From positions 62,001 through 126,000 of IMG/VR virus record IMGVR_UViG_3300025319_000005: a DNA stretch of 64,000 bases; one strand, 5' to 3'. This document shows positions 39,033-48,311 of the stretch, in pieces (within the stretch, counting starts at the first letter, position 1; the number at the start of each line of letters is the position of its first letter). A program made the position numbers and the translations under genes. The notes below the pieces were generated by a model. It was given only the letters and a program-made list of their open reading frames with translations, was not told the DNA's origin and did not search any database.

Positions 39033-39270
39033 ATTGAGTAATTTGTTTTTTAAAGTTTCTTCGTCATCATTGTGTAATTAATTTTTTTGAGCTTCTTTAC
39101 AGGGTATTGTGTAACTTTTTTAAATTTTATATTTTTCATTCTTTGCTAGGATTGTGTAACTTTATAATTTTGAGATTCTTCCATCATTGTGTAACTTTTT
39201 TAAATTTGTTATATTCATGTTGTGTAAAATCCATTTAAATTTACTTCTTCTAACCCATTGTATAACTTTT
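39033..39270. repeat. Seven spaced direct repeats ATTGTGTAAC(TTTT) in AT-rich intergenic gap
   Basis: Copies at ~39033, 39069, 39106, 39151, 39186, 39219, 39257 (spacing 33-45 bp). Confidence 0.8.
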
Positions 39271-39620
39271 ATAAAAGTAGTTATTTTTTGTTACTTTTAT
39301 GTCTATATTTATAGTGCTCATTTTAAGGTGGTTATGTGTTAAATAACAAAAAAGTTATGCAATGATATGAGAAGCTATTTAATTATGACAAATGTAATTA
39401 TTTTTTCGGTGATATACTTATGATATTGTAAAATAACATATGATACTATTTTTTGCTGTGACATAAAAAATTAAGGTTAAAAAAACAATTGATATTTATT
39501 ATTACGGAACAAAACAAGTTTAAAAAATAAAAATACCGGCTAAAAATACCGGCGGTGCGGCTTCGCCAAAATATTAGTTATTTATAAAATAATGCAGTAT
39601 TTATTATTAAACACAAAACA

Positions 39621-39959
39621 ATGAAAAAAGACTTATTAAAAGAGGAGCTTGGCAGAATGAGAAAGCTGGCTGGTATAATTAATGAAAATTCATTTTTAGA
39701 AGATGTTAACATTACAGAAGCTCAAGACGTAATGGTAGCAGACATGAAAGAAGAGGCTCAAGGACTTATGATTGAAGTGAAAGATTCATTGGATTTTGCA
39801 AGTGCAAAGCTCTATGAACTACAAAAAATGGCGAGTGCTATAATAATGGATTATCCTGAACTTTCAATTTATATATCCGGAACGGTAGAACCAATGATGG
39901 AAGCATTTGAAAAAACATATCCCACTCAATTAAAAGAACTATTAAAAAAGTTTCATTAA
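39621..39959 (+). CDS. hypothetical (putative late/virion) protein
   Basis: LLKEELGRMRKLAGI N-terminus; TATTTATT upstream. Confidence 0.7.
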   Translation: MKKDLLKEELGRMRKLAGIINENSFLEDVNITEAQDVMVADMKEEAQGLMIEVKDSLDFASAKLYELQKMASAIIMDYPELSIYISGTVEPMMEAFEKTYPTQLKELLKKFH

Positions 39960-40073
39960 TATAACCATAATTTTATTTATCTTTGACGGTAGCAACTTTT
40001 GGTTGCTATTTTCGTTTAATGTGATATAAGAAACATTAAAGTGTTATAATTAGTTCACCAAATAAATAAAACA

Positions 40074-40352
40074 ATGGATAGTAGCCAAATATACAGAATG
40101 ATGATTTATTTTGCTCATAGCACAATAATAATTTACGGCAAAACAATAATTGACAAAAAGGAAATGACAATTAAAGAGTTTAGAGAACAAAACAAGGAAG
40201 TTGTTCAACGTATTTTTGATGAAGGATTATCGATTTTTAACTATGAACTATCTTACGACCAAGTAAGTAAAGCTATTGCTGTGTATTTGAAATCAAAATA
40301 CGACCCTTCGTCTGTTTTTGAAAGAAAAATCTATCAAACAAAATCCGTTTAA
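40074..40352 (+). CDS. hypothetical protein
   Basis: ORF track; start uncertain. Confidence 0.55.
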   Translation: MDSSQIYRMMIYFAHSTIIIYGKTIIDKKEMTIKEFREQNKEVVQRIFDEGLSIFNYELSYDQVSKAIAVYLKSKYDPSSVFERKIYQTKSV

Positions 40353-40355
40353 ATT

Positions 40356-40541
40356 ATGGAAAAACAGGAAACTTTCACCAAAGAAAACTTTGAAAACTTA
40401 AAAAATGTATGCGAAAAGATAATTGCTCTTTCCGATGAAAACATTGATGGAAAGCTTATGTTCTCTCAACTCCAGTGTTTGGGTGAAAGAATAAAAGATT
40501 TTAAACAAAATCCAATTATAAATAATTCCGGATTAATATGA
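40356..40541 (+). CDS. hypothetical protein
   Basis: Operon. Confidence 0.6.
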   Translation: MEKQETFTKENFENLKNVCEKIIALSDENIDGKLMFSQLQCLGERIKDFKQNPIINNSGLI

Positions 40542-41017
40542 AAGAATTCTTAAAAGAAGCACAATCTTATTTATCGGTATTTAGTTCATTGTTGATGATT
40601 GGGTTGATTTATCAACTATATACTCTTCCGGATAAAATAAGTAATGTATTTGGAATTAAAGACATTACACACGACACTGTAACTATAACGAAAACAGTTA
40701 CTGCTACTTTGCAGACATCTGGTAATTTTGTTTATTTTGAAGGCACATTGACTTCGGAAAAATTCAGATTTAGAGATAAATTTGAATACGATACAAGATA
40801 TCCGACCGAAATTTATCAAGGCTGGCTGATACTTGCCGAATCAAAGGCAAAAGGAAAATTTTTTCTTTGGAATAGAAATGAGCCTCCTAATTTAAGTATT
40901 CCTATTCAAGGATGGTTTTTTGGTGATAATTTAAGTGTATTTGGAACTAATGAAAATAAAGAATTTTGTCAGGTATTATATCCGATAGTGGAAAAACAAT
41001 GGAAAGATAATAACTAA
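40538..41017 (+). CDS. membrane-anchored hypothetical protein
   Basis: N-terminal TM segment. Confidence 0.7.
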   Translation: MKEFLKEAQSYLSVFSSLLMIGLIYQLYTLPDKISNVFGIKDITHDTVTITKTVTATLQTSGNFVYFEGTLTSEKFRFRDKFEYDTRYPTEIYQGWLILAESKAKGKFFLWNRNEPPNLSIPIQGWFFGDNLSVFGTNENKEFCQVLYPIVEKQWKDNN

Positions 41018-41031
41018 TTTAAAAAAATAAA

Positions 41032-41214
41032 ATGGGCATAATAGATGGGCAAGCTTGGGAACATACATATCCTGATGACGTTAGAAAAGTAAAAGAAGAA
41101 GAAAAAATTTCAGAAGAAGATTTTAGAAACTTTATTCGAGCCAATCACTTGACGGACTTATGGGAAACTTGGATTAAAAACAACATTCAAAATAGCAAGG
41201 AAAGAAGTAAATGA
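41032..41214 (+). CDS. hypothetical protein
   Basis: Operon. Confidence 0.6.
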   Translation: MGIIDGQAWEHTYPDDVRKVKEEEKISEEDFRNFIRANHLTDLWETWIKNNIQNSKERSK

Positions 41215-41399
41215 AAACAGTATTAACATTTTTATTCGGAACATTAATGGTGATTGGATTAATCATTGGAATAATATTCGTATTTGTATTTATTTTCAAT
41301 CCTTCTGTTATATATTTTAAAATTTTAATATCAGGATGGGCAGCATATTTAATTTTTGGAAGGTTGGTTCCAGATTAATTTAAAATAATCAATCATAAA

Positions 41400-41723
41400 A
41401 TGAAAAAAGTATTATTAGTTATTGTTGCATTTTCGTTGTCGAATTGCGACATAAGCGTTAGAAAAACAAACGCACAATCAGAAATATTTTATCAGACTTA
41501 CACAAGAGAAATAGTAGAATTCGATGGAATGAAATATTTACTTTTATATGTTGTTAATAAATCATCGCAAACCGGATATTCAATAACGACAATTAACCTA
41601 ACAAAAGACAAGTTAGAAGTTGAATTATTACGGCACCAATTGACAGTCGTTAATTGTATATTCAATATCCAATTTGTTTTTTACCAACTTATTACTATAA
41701 ACGGTTCTGACCACATAAGATAA
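41400..41723 (+). CDS. putative lipoprotein
   Basis: MKKVLLVIVAFSLSNC; 3' end overlaps convergent cytolysin-like gene. Confidence 0.6.
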   Translation: MKKVLLVIVAFSLSNCDISVRKTNAQSEIFYQTYTREIVEFDGMKYLLLYVVNKSSQTGYSITTINLTKDKLEVELLRHQLTVVNCIFNIQFVFYQLITINGSDHIR

Positions 41724-42749
41724 TGGAACCCCTGTTTTAAGGTCAGATGATTGACCTAATAAAGTAGTTAAAGAGCTTAAAGAATTGCTGTTAATTGCTG
41801 AAAAAGTACTGGTAGTACTACCTCCAAGTGCAATTACTTTAATTGACAAATTTTCTAATGTAGATAAATAATTCGCATCAATATTTCCAGATACCGGTAT
41901 ACCATCAAAAGAAACATTAATTGCAGCTGTTATTTCTTCTTTTGAAGAAGTAGATTCAATGAGTAGATAAAATACACGTCCATAAGTTACATCTGATACA
42001 TAACATGCCGGATTATCTTTGCCAACATACTTAGCAAGATCCATAGGTTTAACGGTTGGGTCAAAGAAATCATCATATGATGGTGGTATATCATAACTCA
42101 TAGTAAAAAATGTTTGTTTTAATTCTACCAAATAATGATTTGCTGTTGAATTATTTAAAAAAGACAAATTAGCAACTATAGTTACCGGTGAAATTTCAAC
42201 ATTTAATCCAAGTGCTAATGATAATTCTTCATTCGTTTTAACTAACTCATGATTAAAAGTAAATCTTGCCGGCATAACTTTATTGTTACTAAAAATAATA
42301 TTATTTAATGCTTGTGTAACTACGCTTTTTTTAATTTCATTTAAATTCACATACACAGAGCCGGAACCATTAATAATATCAATAGACACTGTTCCTCCAC
42401 CACGTTTTACTGCAATAACATCTGGAGTTGCATTATTTAAAGAAGCTCCTTGTAATAAACTTCCAGGATAAACTACTGATACGTTAGGGTCATATAATGG
42501 ATAATACATATTTCCTTGCAAAACACTCCAAGTACTATTTGTACAATTCCAATTACCACTATCAACAGGTACTGAAGTTGTATTTACATCAATAAGATTT
42601 TTATAATCACTAAATGGAGCAAATTCACCTCCTGATTTTAAAACTTCTTCATATGATACATTTTCACTTGGTGATACGTCTTTTTTACAAGAGTTTAAAG
42701 TGATTAAAGTAATAAACATTAGACTGATAAAATAAAAGTGTTTTTTCAT
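41628..42749 (-). CDS. thiol-activated/cholesterol-dependent cytolysin-like (CDCL) lipoprotein lacking domain 4
   Basis: Lipobox LNSCKKD; VYPGSLLQG, YVSDVTYGRVFY, IALGG and GVPLSY motifs of CDC domains 1-3; no undecapeptide. Confidence 0.85.
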   Translation of the reverse strand: MKKHFYFISLMFITLITLNSCKKDVSPSENVSYEEVLKSGGEFAPFSDYKNLIDVNTTSVPVDSGNWNCTNSTWSVLQGNMYYPLYDPNVSVVYPGSLLQGASLNNATPDVIAVKRGGGTVSIDIINGSGSVYVNLNEIKKSVVTQALNNIIFSNNKVMPARFTFNHELVKTNEELSLALGLNVEISPVTIVANLSFLNNSTANHYLVELKQTFFTMSYDIPPSYDDFFDPTVKPMDLAKYVGKDNPACYVSDVTYGRVFYLLIESTSSKEEITAAINVSFDGIPVSGNIDANYLSTLENLSIKVIALGGSTTSTFSAINSNSLSSLTTLLGQSSDLKTGVPLSYVVRTVYSNKLVKNKLDIEYTINDCQLVP

Positions 42750-42885
42750 TTGTTTATGGATTAGGTGTGTATGTTCTATGTAAATATTTAGTTTTTTCCG
42801 TTTTACAAATATATATTTTTTATTTTAGATTGTCAATTATTGAGTTTATTTGATTTTAATTGTTTTTTTATTTAAATTTGTGGAA

Positions 42886-43188
42886 ATGAATGAATTTTCA
42901 AAATACGATACTGTTATGGCTATAAAAGGAGATAGACTTAGATTTGAAAAAGGATTATATCTAACTTCTTTTAAACGGCATGTTGAATTTGAGAGTGAAT
43001 ATAAAACAATTATTTTGTATAATACTGAAAGAAAAAGAATAATAAAATTTTATGGAAAGAGACATATAATCAGAATTTTTTCTACACGAATGGTTTTAAC
43101 TGAAAAAAGCATAGTTAAAAAAGTAACAATAGCTATTGAAAATAACGTAGGATTTAAAAATAGAATAAATAGTAATACTTTTTTTTAA
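42886..43188 (+). CDS. dispersed GDT...RMVLTEK family paralog
   Basis: FSKYDTV...STRMVLTEK; start reassigned. Confidence 0.7.
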   Translation: MNEFSKYDTVMAIKGDRLRFEKGLYLTSFKRHVEFESEYKTIILYNTERKRIIKFYGKRHIIRIFSTRMVLTEKSIVKKVTIAIENNVGFKNRINSNTFF

Positions 43189-43205
43189 AAATTCTCATTT
43201 TAAAA

Positions 43206-43236
43206 TTTGCTGGATAGAAATAAATTCCTACATTTG
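43206..43236 (+). promoter_or_regulatory. Bacteroidota primary-sigma promoter (-33 TTTG / -7 TAnnTTTG)
   Basis: TTTG-N19-TACATTTG; TAnnTTTG also upstream of genes near 37785(-), 38960(-), 39980(+), 42880(+), 49990(-), 63157(-). Confidence 0.75.
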
Positions 43237-43286
43237 CAATCTCAATTAATTAAAATCAAATTAAACATTATCAAATCTTAAACATC

Positions 43287-44084
43287 ATGAAATTAAAATT
43301 AAACACTCTATTAGCTAAGACAGACCACTTAGCTACGTCTTACAAAAACTCTATTAAAGATTACATTGGTTTCTTCAAAGATAAACAATCCGCTTTTAAA
43401 GGCGAGAAGAAAACTTATGATCCAAAATCAGGGACAATCGACATTCCTTCTGAAAGAGGAAATAAAATGGTTGTTACAACCGTAAAAGAAAAGCTTGACT
43501 GGTTAAAAGAAACCAATACCGAATATATTAATGCGTTATTTTCTCAGGAAGCTACAAACGCAAATGGATTAGCTAAAGCGAAACTTGCAATTGACGGAAT
43601 TGAATTCGGAGAATTTTCTTCTCTTGAGCTTTTGCGTTTGAAATCTCTTATTGAAAACGGTGAGCTTGAACAAATGTATGCCAACATTCCAGTTCGTGCT
43701 GACGATGAAGAATGGAATAAAACAGATGAAGACCAATACGTAGAAAGAGAAATCTTTGAAGGTAAGAAACAAGAAGGGATTAAAAAATCCATCACAAAAG
43801 AAAGTTATATACTTTCTGACCCCAACATCAAAGAATTAAAAGATTCTTCTTCTTATAAGCCACAAATGGCTTCTAAAGACACTATTATTGAACTTGGGGA
43901 TTATTCTTATCAAAAATTTTCCGGTGAATGGTCTCACAGAGAAAGAGCAGAATTGCTTCGCAGAAGAACAAAACTTTTGAGTGCTGTAATTGAAGCGTTG
44001 AAAATTGCAAATGAAGCAGAAGTAATTAATTCAAATATGACTGCAGATAAGTTGTTCAATTTTTTACATACCGGTAAAATTTAA
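43287..44084 (+). CDS. conserved-looking hypothetical protein upstream of ncRNA locus
   Basis: 265-aa helical/coiled-coil protein MKLKLNTLLAK...KFSGEW...ALKIANEAEV. Confidence 0.85.
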   Translation: MKLKLNTLLAKTDHLATSYKNSIKDYIGFFKDKQSAFKGEKKTYDPKSGTIDIPSERGNKMVVTTVKEKLDWLKETNTEYINALFSQEATNANGLAKAKLAIDGIEFGEFSSLELLRLKSLIENGELEQMYANIPVRADDEEWNKTDEDQYVEREIFEGKKQEGIKKSITKESYILSDPNIKELKDSSSYKPQMASKDTIIELGDYSYQKFSGEWSHRERAELLRRRTKLLSAVIEALKIANEAEVINSNMTADKLFNFLHTGKI

Positions 44085-44090
44085 AAACTA

Positions 44091-44270
44091 ATGGACAAAG
44101 ATAAACTTAATTGGGGATTGATTTCTTGGGTGTTGTATTCAATTAGTGCGTATGTTTTACTAATACCATTTTTTGAATATTCCTTAAAAACACTGAGTGG
44201 TTCCATAATATTAGGTTTTTTCGGAAGTTTATTAAACATCATAATACAGTTATTAAATAAAAAAAATTAA
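44091..44270 (+). CDS. small membrane protein (59 aa, not in ORF track)
   Basis: MDKDKLNWGLISWVLY... two hydrophobic segments. Confidence 0.6.
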   Translation: MDKDKLNWGLISWVLYSISAYVLLIPFFEYSLKTLSGSIILGFFGSLLNIIIQLLNKKN

Positions 44271-44384
44271 ACGTTCACTGCTGGAAGTTACAATATGTCG
44301 TACGTAACAGTTGCAAATTGAGTTAAATGGTTCCAGCGCCTCAAGGTGAACACTTATTAAAATCGTTCTTTAAAATATTTAAAA

Positions 44385-44665
44385 TACTGACGGAGCGTGA
44401 ACTTCATAATTAGCCTTACATTTAAAATTGCGGTTTTAATGTTGAGTCAGAAGCTTCATAATCATGTTAAAAACGAATAGAAAATCAAGTAAAAAAGCAA
44501 GAAACTGGTGGTTCGAATCCACTCCCATCCTCTTTAAAAACAAAAAACAAGGACGGGCAGTTTGAGCGGGGAAACGCTTGTTAAATAAACTATAAACTTG
44601 GTTAATTTCTATTCATACATTTTCAGTAATGTACAGCCCCGGAGCTAGGATATATGCTACGGGGC
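44385..44665 (+). ncRNA. structured ncRNA with circularly permuted tRNA-like domain (YrlA/Y-RNA-like topology)
   Basis: T arm GGTGG-TTCGAAT-CCACT and acceptor 3' strand CCCATCC precede acceptor 5' strand GGACGGG and D arm GTTT..AAAC; closed by GCAAG/CTTGT, ATCAAGT/ACTTGGT, GAATAGAAA/TTTCTATTC, TACTGA/TCAGTA. Confidence 0.75.
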
Positions 44666-44669
44666 ATTT

Positions 44670-44771
44670 GGGAAAATACGAGAATTGGTATATCGGCTAT
44701 GAAAAAGAAATCCGCAAAGCTTTTTTTAGTGACCGAAAGGTGTAGGGGTTCGATGCCCTTTTTTCCCACCA
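44670..44771 (+). tRNA. aberrant class-II tRNA-like gene with elongated anticodon arm, ends ACCA
   Basis: GGGAAAA/TTTTCCC acceptor, GAATTGGTATA D loop, ACC-GAAA-GGT variable arm, TTCGATG T loop; anticodon not assignable. Confidence 0.65.
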
Positions 44772-44775
44772 AATA

Positions 44776-45180
44776 ATGAACACAGAAGAACAAGAAATAA
44801 TAAAAGAATTCTCAATTCTTGAAGATTGGATGGAAAAATACGACCATCTTATCAAACTTGGAAAATCCATGAAAACCATGGATGAAAATAATAAAATCGA
44901 TGAAAATTTAATTAAAGGATGCCAGAGCCGAGTTTGGTTGCATTCTGAATTTTTGAATGACAAAGTTATTTTCACTGCGGATAGTGATACTACAATTACA
45001 AAAGGAATGGTTTCAATGCTGGTAAGAGTTTTTTCTAACCGGACCGCATTAGAAATTATAAATGGTAATCTTGATTTTATTTCCGAAATAGGATTAATGC
45101 AACACATTTCACCAACCAGGAGCAATGGTTTAGTTAGTATGTTCAAACAAATGAAGAACGACGCTCGTGAATTTATTTAA
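44776..45180 (+). CDS. sufE: SufE-family sulfur acceptor protein
   Basis: DWMEKYDHLI, IKGCQSRVWL, ADSD, HISPTRSNGL. Confidence 0.95.
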   Translation: MNTEEQEIIKEFSILEDWMEKYDHLIKLGKSMKTMDENNKIDENLIKGCQSRVWLHSEFLNDKVIFTADSDTTITKGMVSMLVRVFSNRTALEIINGNLDFISEIGLMQHISPTRSNGLVSMFKQMKNDAREFI

Positions 45181-45377
45181 TCTATTCTATTAGAGTGGTG
45201 ATGTGGATTTGATTTCCTTTTTTCTTTAACATCTTCTTTATAAGCCTTTTTTGCATCTTTCATGTGCTGAGATACATTCTGATTATTTATAGATATTGCA
45301 TCATTAGACATTGCATCCTCATAACCTTTCTTATATAAATAAGCTGCGATAAAATTCGTCTTATATTCTTTTTCCAT
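45177..45377 (-). CDS. hypothetical protein
   Basis: ORF track. Confidence 0.55.
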   Translation of the reverse strand: MEKEYKTNFIAAYLYKKGYEDAMSNDAISINNQNVSQHMKDAKKAYKEDVKEKRKSNPHHHSNRID

Positions 45378-45434
45378 TTTATCATGTTTTAGTTCCGGTG
45401 ATAAATAGAAGAAAATTGGAAATTCCGTGATTAT

Positions 45435-45755
45435 TTATTCGTTTTTTCTATTTTTTATAGAATTAAACAACTCAAGTTGCCCCTTCATAAGTTCTACATC
45501 TTTGCAATATTCGAACAATTCAAGGTCTATTAAAGTGTCGAGTGTTTTTTGTAAGAATTTCTCAGCATCTTTTTTGCTGGTATTAGAAACCCATTCAGTA
45601 AACCAACCTGGATTTTTCCATTCTTTAACTGTTCTAATAATGATTTGAGATAATATCTCAATAATACGCTCTTCAGATATGTTTCTATCATTAGCTTCGC
45701 GTTGCAACTCTTCTGTTGAAACGTTTTCATCTTTAGGGTTTAGTGCCATGTTCAT
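45435..45755 (-). CDS. hypothetical protein
   Basis: Operon. Confidence 0.65.
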   Translation of the reverse strand: MNMALNPKDENVSTEELQREANDRNISEERIIEILSQIIIRTVKEWKNPGWFTEWVSNTSKKDAEKFLQKTLDTLIDLELFEYCKDVELMKGQLELFNSIKNRKNE

Positions 45756-45767
45756 TTTAATAAATTA

Positions 45768-45968
45768 TTACTTACTTTCACAACCACATATATCACATTT
45801 ATAGTAATCATTATGTGAATCATGACCATCATATTTCATTGCATCCAAGCCACTTACATGCGCATGAGCACAAACTTCTCGAAATGCGTTTATTGCATTA
45901 TCAATTTTTTTAACTCGTTCAAGCAATGTTGACTTTTCGATTTCTAATTTTTTAATTTCTTCTTTCAT
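45768..45968 (-). CDS. small coiled-coil/Zn-binding protein
   Basis: CAH...CDICG. Confidence 0.65.
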   Translation of the reverse strand: MKEEIKKLEIEKSTLLERVKKIDNAINAFREVCAHAHVSGLDAMKYDGHDSHNDYYKCDICGCESK

Positions 45969-45969
45969 G

Positions 45970-46947
45970 TTATTGTAAATTTATTATGCTTTTTATTTTA
46001 GTATAATCAAAATCTATAATAAATAAAAAATTATATCCATTTTTTATTGTATTTCTTCTTTTTGAAAAGTTTTTCTTTAAATCATATCTTAAAGTATAAA
46101 GTGATTTTATTTCAATAATTAAATTATATTTTGGAAGTAAAAAATCTGAATAATAACATCTTTCTTTATTATCAAAAAAATATTTAATAGATTTTCCTTT
46201 TTCAACTTGTATTTTATTGTTAATGCAAAAATCTAAAAAATCTTTTTCATTTAAACCTTGATACTTTAATCCAGTACCAATATGTATTCTATTTCTAAAA
46301 GCGTTTTTTAAACTTTTTTGATGTATTTTATCATTGTGCATTGCGCTTTTAACGCCATACCTTTTTAAATTTGTTTCTTCTAATCTTGAAATCTGTAAAT
46401 CTCTTAAATATTGTGGTCTATCTTTTTTAGTTTTTGAAGTTCTTTTAATTATTTCATCTTTTTCTTCAAATGATTTATTGTTTACTGTAATTTTCGTTTT
46501 TTCTTTATTGTTGAAGTTTTTGTCACCATATTTTTTTTCTTTAATTATGCTGTGTTTTTCTCTTTCATTTTTATCTGAAAAATTGCTTACATAACCATAT
46601 TTCTTTAAATTTGTATTTTTTGCTTTTTCTATATTAACATAATTCTCATCACCATATTTTTCAAATAATGTGTTTTTATTCTTTCTTAAATTGTGTGCAC
46701 ATTGTTCAGAACAAGAATATAAATTATATTTTTTTATGTTTTTTAAATAATGTCTATATTGTATATTTTTTTTATTTCCACAACAATCACATTGTACATC
46801 AATTCGTGAATGACTGTTTGGTGAAAGGTCTTCAACTTTAACAGTTATATTAATACCAGCAGTTTCAAAATCATATCCTTTATTTTGATAATATTTTAAT
46901 AATGTATTGTTTGATATTCTTGTATTTGCTTTTGTGCTTAAAATCAT
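45970..46947 (-). CDS. putative free-standing endonuclease: Zn finger + (T)NLKKYG repeats + PD-(D/E)XK domain
   Basis: CDCCG...CSEQC; TLFEKYG/TNLKKYG/TNLKRYG repeats; YYSDF...IIEIKS. Confidence 0.75.
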   Translation of the reverse strand: MILSTKANTRISNNTLLKYYQNKGYDFETAGINITVKVEDLSPNSHSRIDVQCDCCGNKKNIQYRHYLKNIKKYNLYSCSEQCAHNLRKNKNTLFEKYGDENYVNIEKAKNTNLKKYGYVSNFSDKNEREKHSIIKEKKYGDKNFNNKEKTKITVNNKSFEEKDEIIKRTSKTKKDRPQYLRDLQISRLEETNLKRYGVKSAMHNDKIHQKSLKNAFRNRIHIGTGLKYQGLNEKDFLDFCINNKIQVEKGKSIKYFFDNKERCYYSDFLLPKYNLIIEIKSLYTLRYDLKKNFSKRRNTIKNGYNFLFIIDFDYTKIKSIINLQ

Positions 46948-46997
46948 AAAATATACTTTTTTATAAATAGTATATTTTATACATAACACACTAACAA

Positions 46998-47213
46998 TCA
47001 ATCATTTTTTATTCGTTTAAGTATTTGTTCATTTGTTTGTAAATCACTACTACTTACATCGTCTCCAATTATGTAATCTTGCCAACCTATTTCATAAGCT
47101 TTTTTTAATAAAGGACTTTCATTAAAAGATAAAATATTTGTATCATCACCAGAAAAGCAATCATCCCATCCTAATTTATATGCCTGTAATATTATTTCTT
47201 TTTCTTCATCCAT
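46998..47213 (-). CDS. hypothetical protein
   Basis: AY-x-x-GW-x-D duplicated. Confidence 0.65.
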   Translation of the reverse strand: MDEEKEIILQAYKLGWDDCFSGDDTNILSFNESPLLKKAYEIGWQDYIIGDDVSSSDLQTNEQILKRIKND

Positions 47214-47664
47214 TATTTTCTAATTTTTCAGTCAAAACTTTTCTTTCTAAAGAAACACCTCCCATATTTTCTATTTTCACAATAAGAGCATTTGCATTTA
47301 AAATAATTTCTTCCAACTCTTCAAGTTTTTTTATTATAGATTCACAATAAAGTTTATACGCCAAAAAAGGACTGTCATATTTTTCAACATTACTATTTGG
47401 AGCAGTCCAAAATAAGGGGCAAGATTTCTCGCCAGAAAAATCCATTGCAAAAAAACTATTATCAGCAGAGAAAAAAAGTATTTTATTATTGCTTGTTATA
47501 CGAAATTCTTTCAAACCTTTAACTTCTTCACATTTAGCTTCTTCAATTCCAAGCCTATTTAATGCATTAATTATTCTTGGATAAATTTGCTGAGCCATCA
47601 ATTCAGCTAAATATATATTTTTAGGGTCGCTTCTATATAATTTATTTTGTAAATCTGTAGCCAT
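47206..47664 (-). CDS. hypothetical protein with C-terminal RKVLTEK
   Basis: ORF track. Confidence 0.7.
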   Translation of the reverse strand: MATDLQNKLYRSDPKNIYLAELMAQQIYPRIINALNRLGIEEAKCEEVKGLKEFRITSNNKILFFSADNSFFAMDFSGEKSCPLFWTAPNSNVEKYDSPFLAYKLYCESIIKKLEELEEIILNANALIVKIENMGGVSLERKVLTEKLENNG

Positions 47665-48311
47665 TATTTAGAAAGTTCTTTTAACTTGTTTTCTAATTCA
47701 ATTTTAAATGTAAGATATTTTTCTCGGAAGTATTCCCATTCTGTTTCATCACATTCGTTTATTTCTTTATGAAGATAATTTGCAGCTGTAAAATCCACTA
47801 TTTTTCCATATTCCATAATTTGGATTGCAAAAATAAGCATTTTAAGTGAATGAAATATACTTTTTAATGCACGATATATATCCCCTTCATTAAGTTTATG
47901 TTTTCCACCTCTCCAGCTGTTAAATGATTGAGCTATAATATTTTTAGCAAGCTTCTTTTTGTTTAAAACAAATTTCAAACTTTCTTTTTCCTGGAACCTT
48001 GCCCATGTCGGAGAAAAGAAACACTCAAGGTTCATGATGTCATGATTTTCTAAATCACGTTTGAATTTATCCGGAGTAATAACATGAATATTGAGACGAC
48101 AATTATCTATTTCTGCTGTCATTTCGTTATGTTCTAATAGTGCAGCTCCAATAATTATAATATCGTAATCAGAATCTACTCTATTGTTAGAGTATACTCT
48201 TGATCCATATAAAAATATGTTTCTTATTTTAATAGGATGAATTCCGGCTTTTTCTATGATTTCTGCAACCGTAAATGGAATATCAAATATTGTACGTGTT
48301 GTTGTGTTCAT
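47664..48311 (-). CDS. pol-beta-superfamily nucleotidyltransferase domain protein
   Basis: FLYGSRVY...DSDYD followed by helical domain. Confidence 0.85.
   Translation of the reverse strand: MNTTTRTIFDIPFTVAEIIEKAGIHPIKIRNIFLYGSRVYSNNRVDSDYDIIIIGAALLEHNEMTAEIDNCRLNIHVITPDKFKRDLENHDIMNLECFFSPTWARFQEKESLKFVLNKKKLAKNIIAQSFNSWRGGKHKLNEGDIYRALKSIFHSLKMLIFAIQIMEYGKIVDFTAANYLHKEINECDETEWEYFREKYLTFKIELENKLKELSK

Noticed and set aside
39033-39270. Mini CRISPR array or repeat-protein ORF
   Set aside because: Repeat is only ~10-15 bp with irregular spacing that does not keep a reading frame
44272-44353. Pistol ribozyme
   Set aside because: GTTAAAT and AGCG words resemble it, but helix order does not fit; kept only as an unassigned structure
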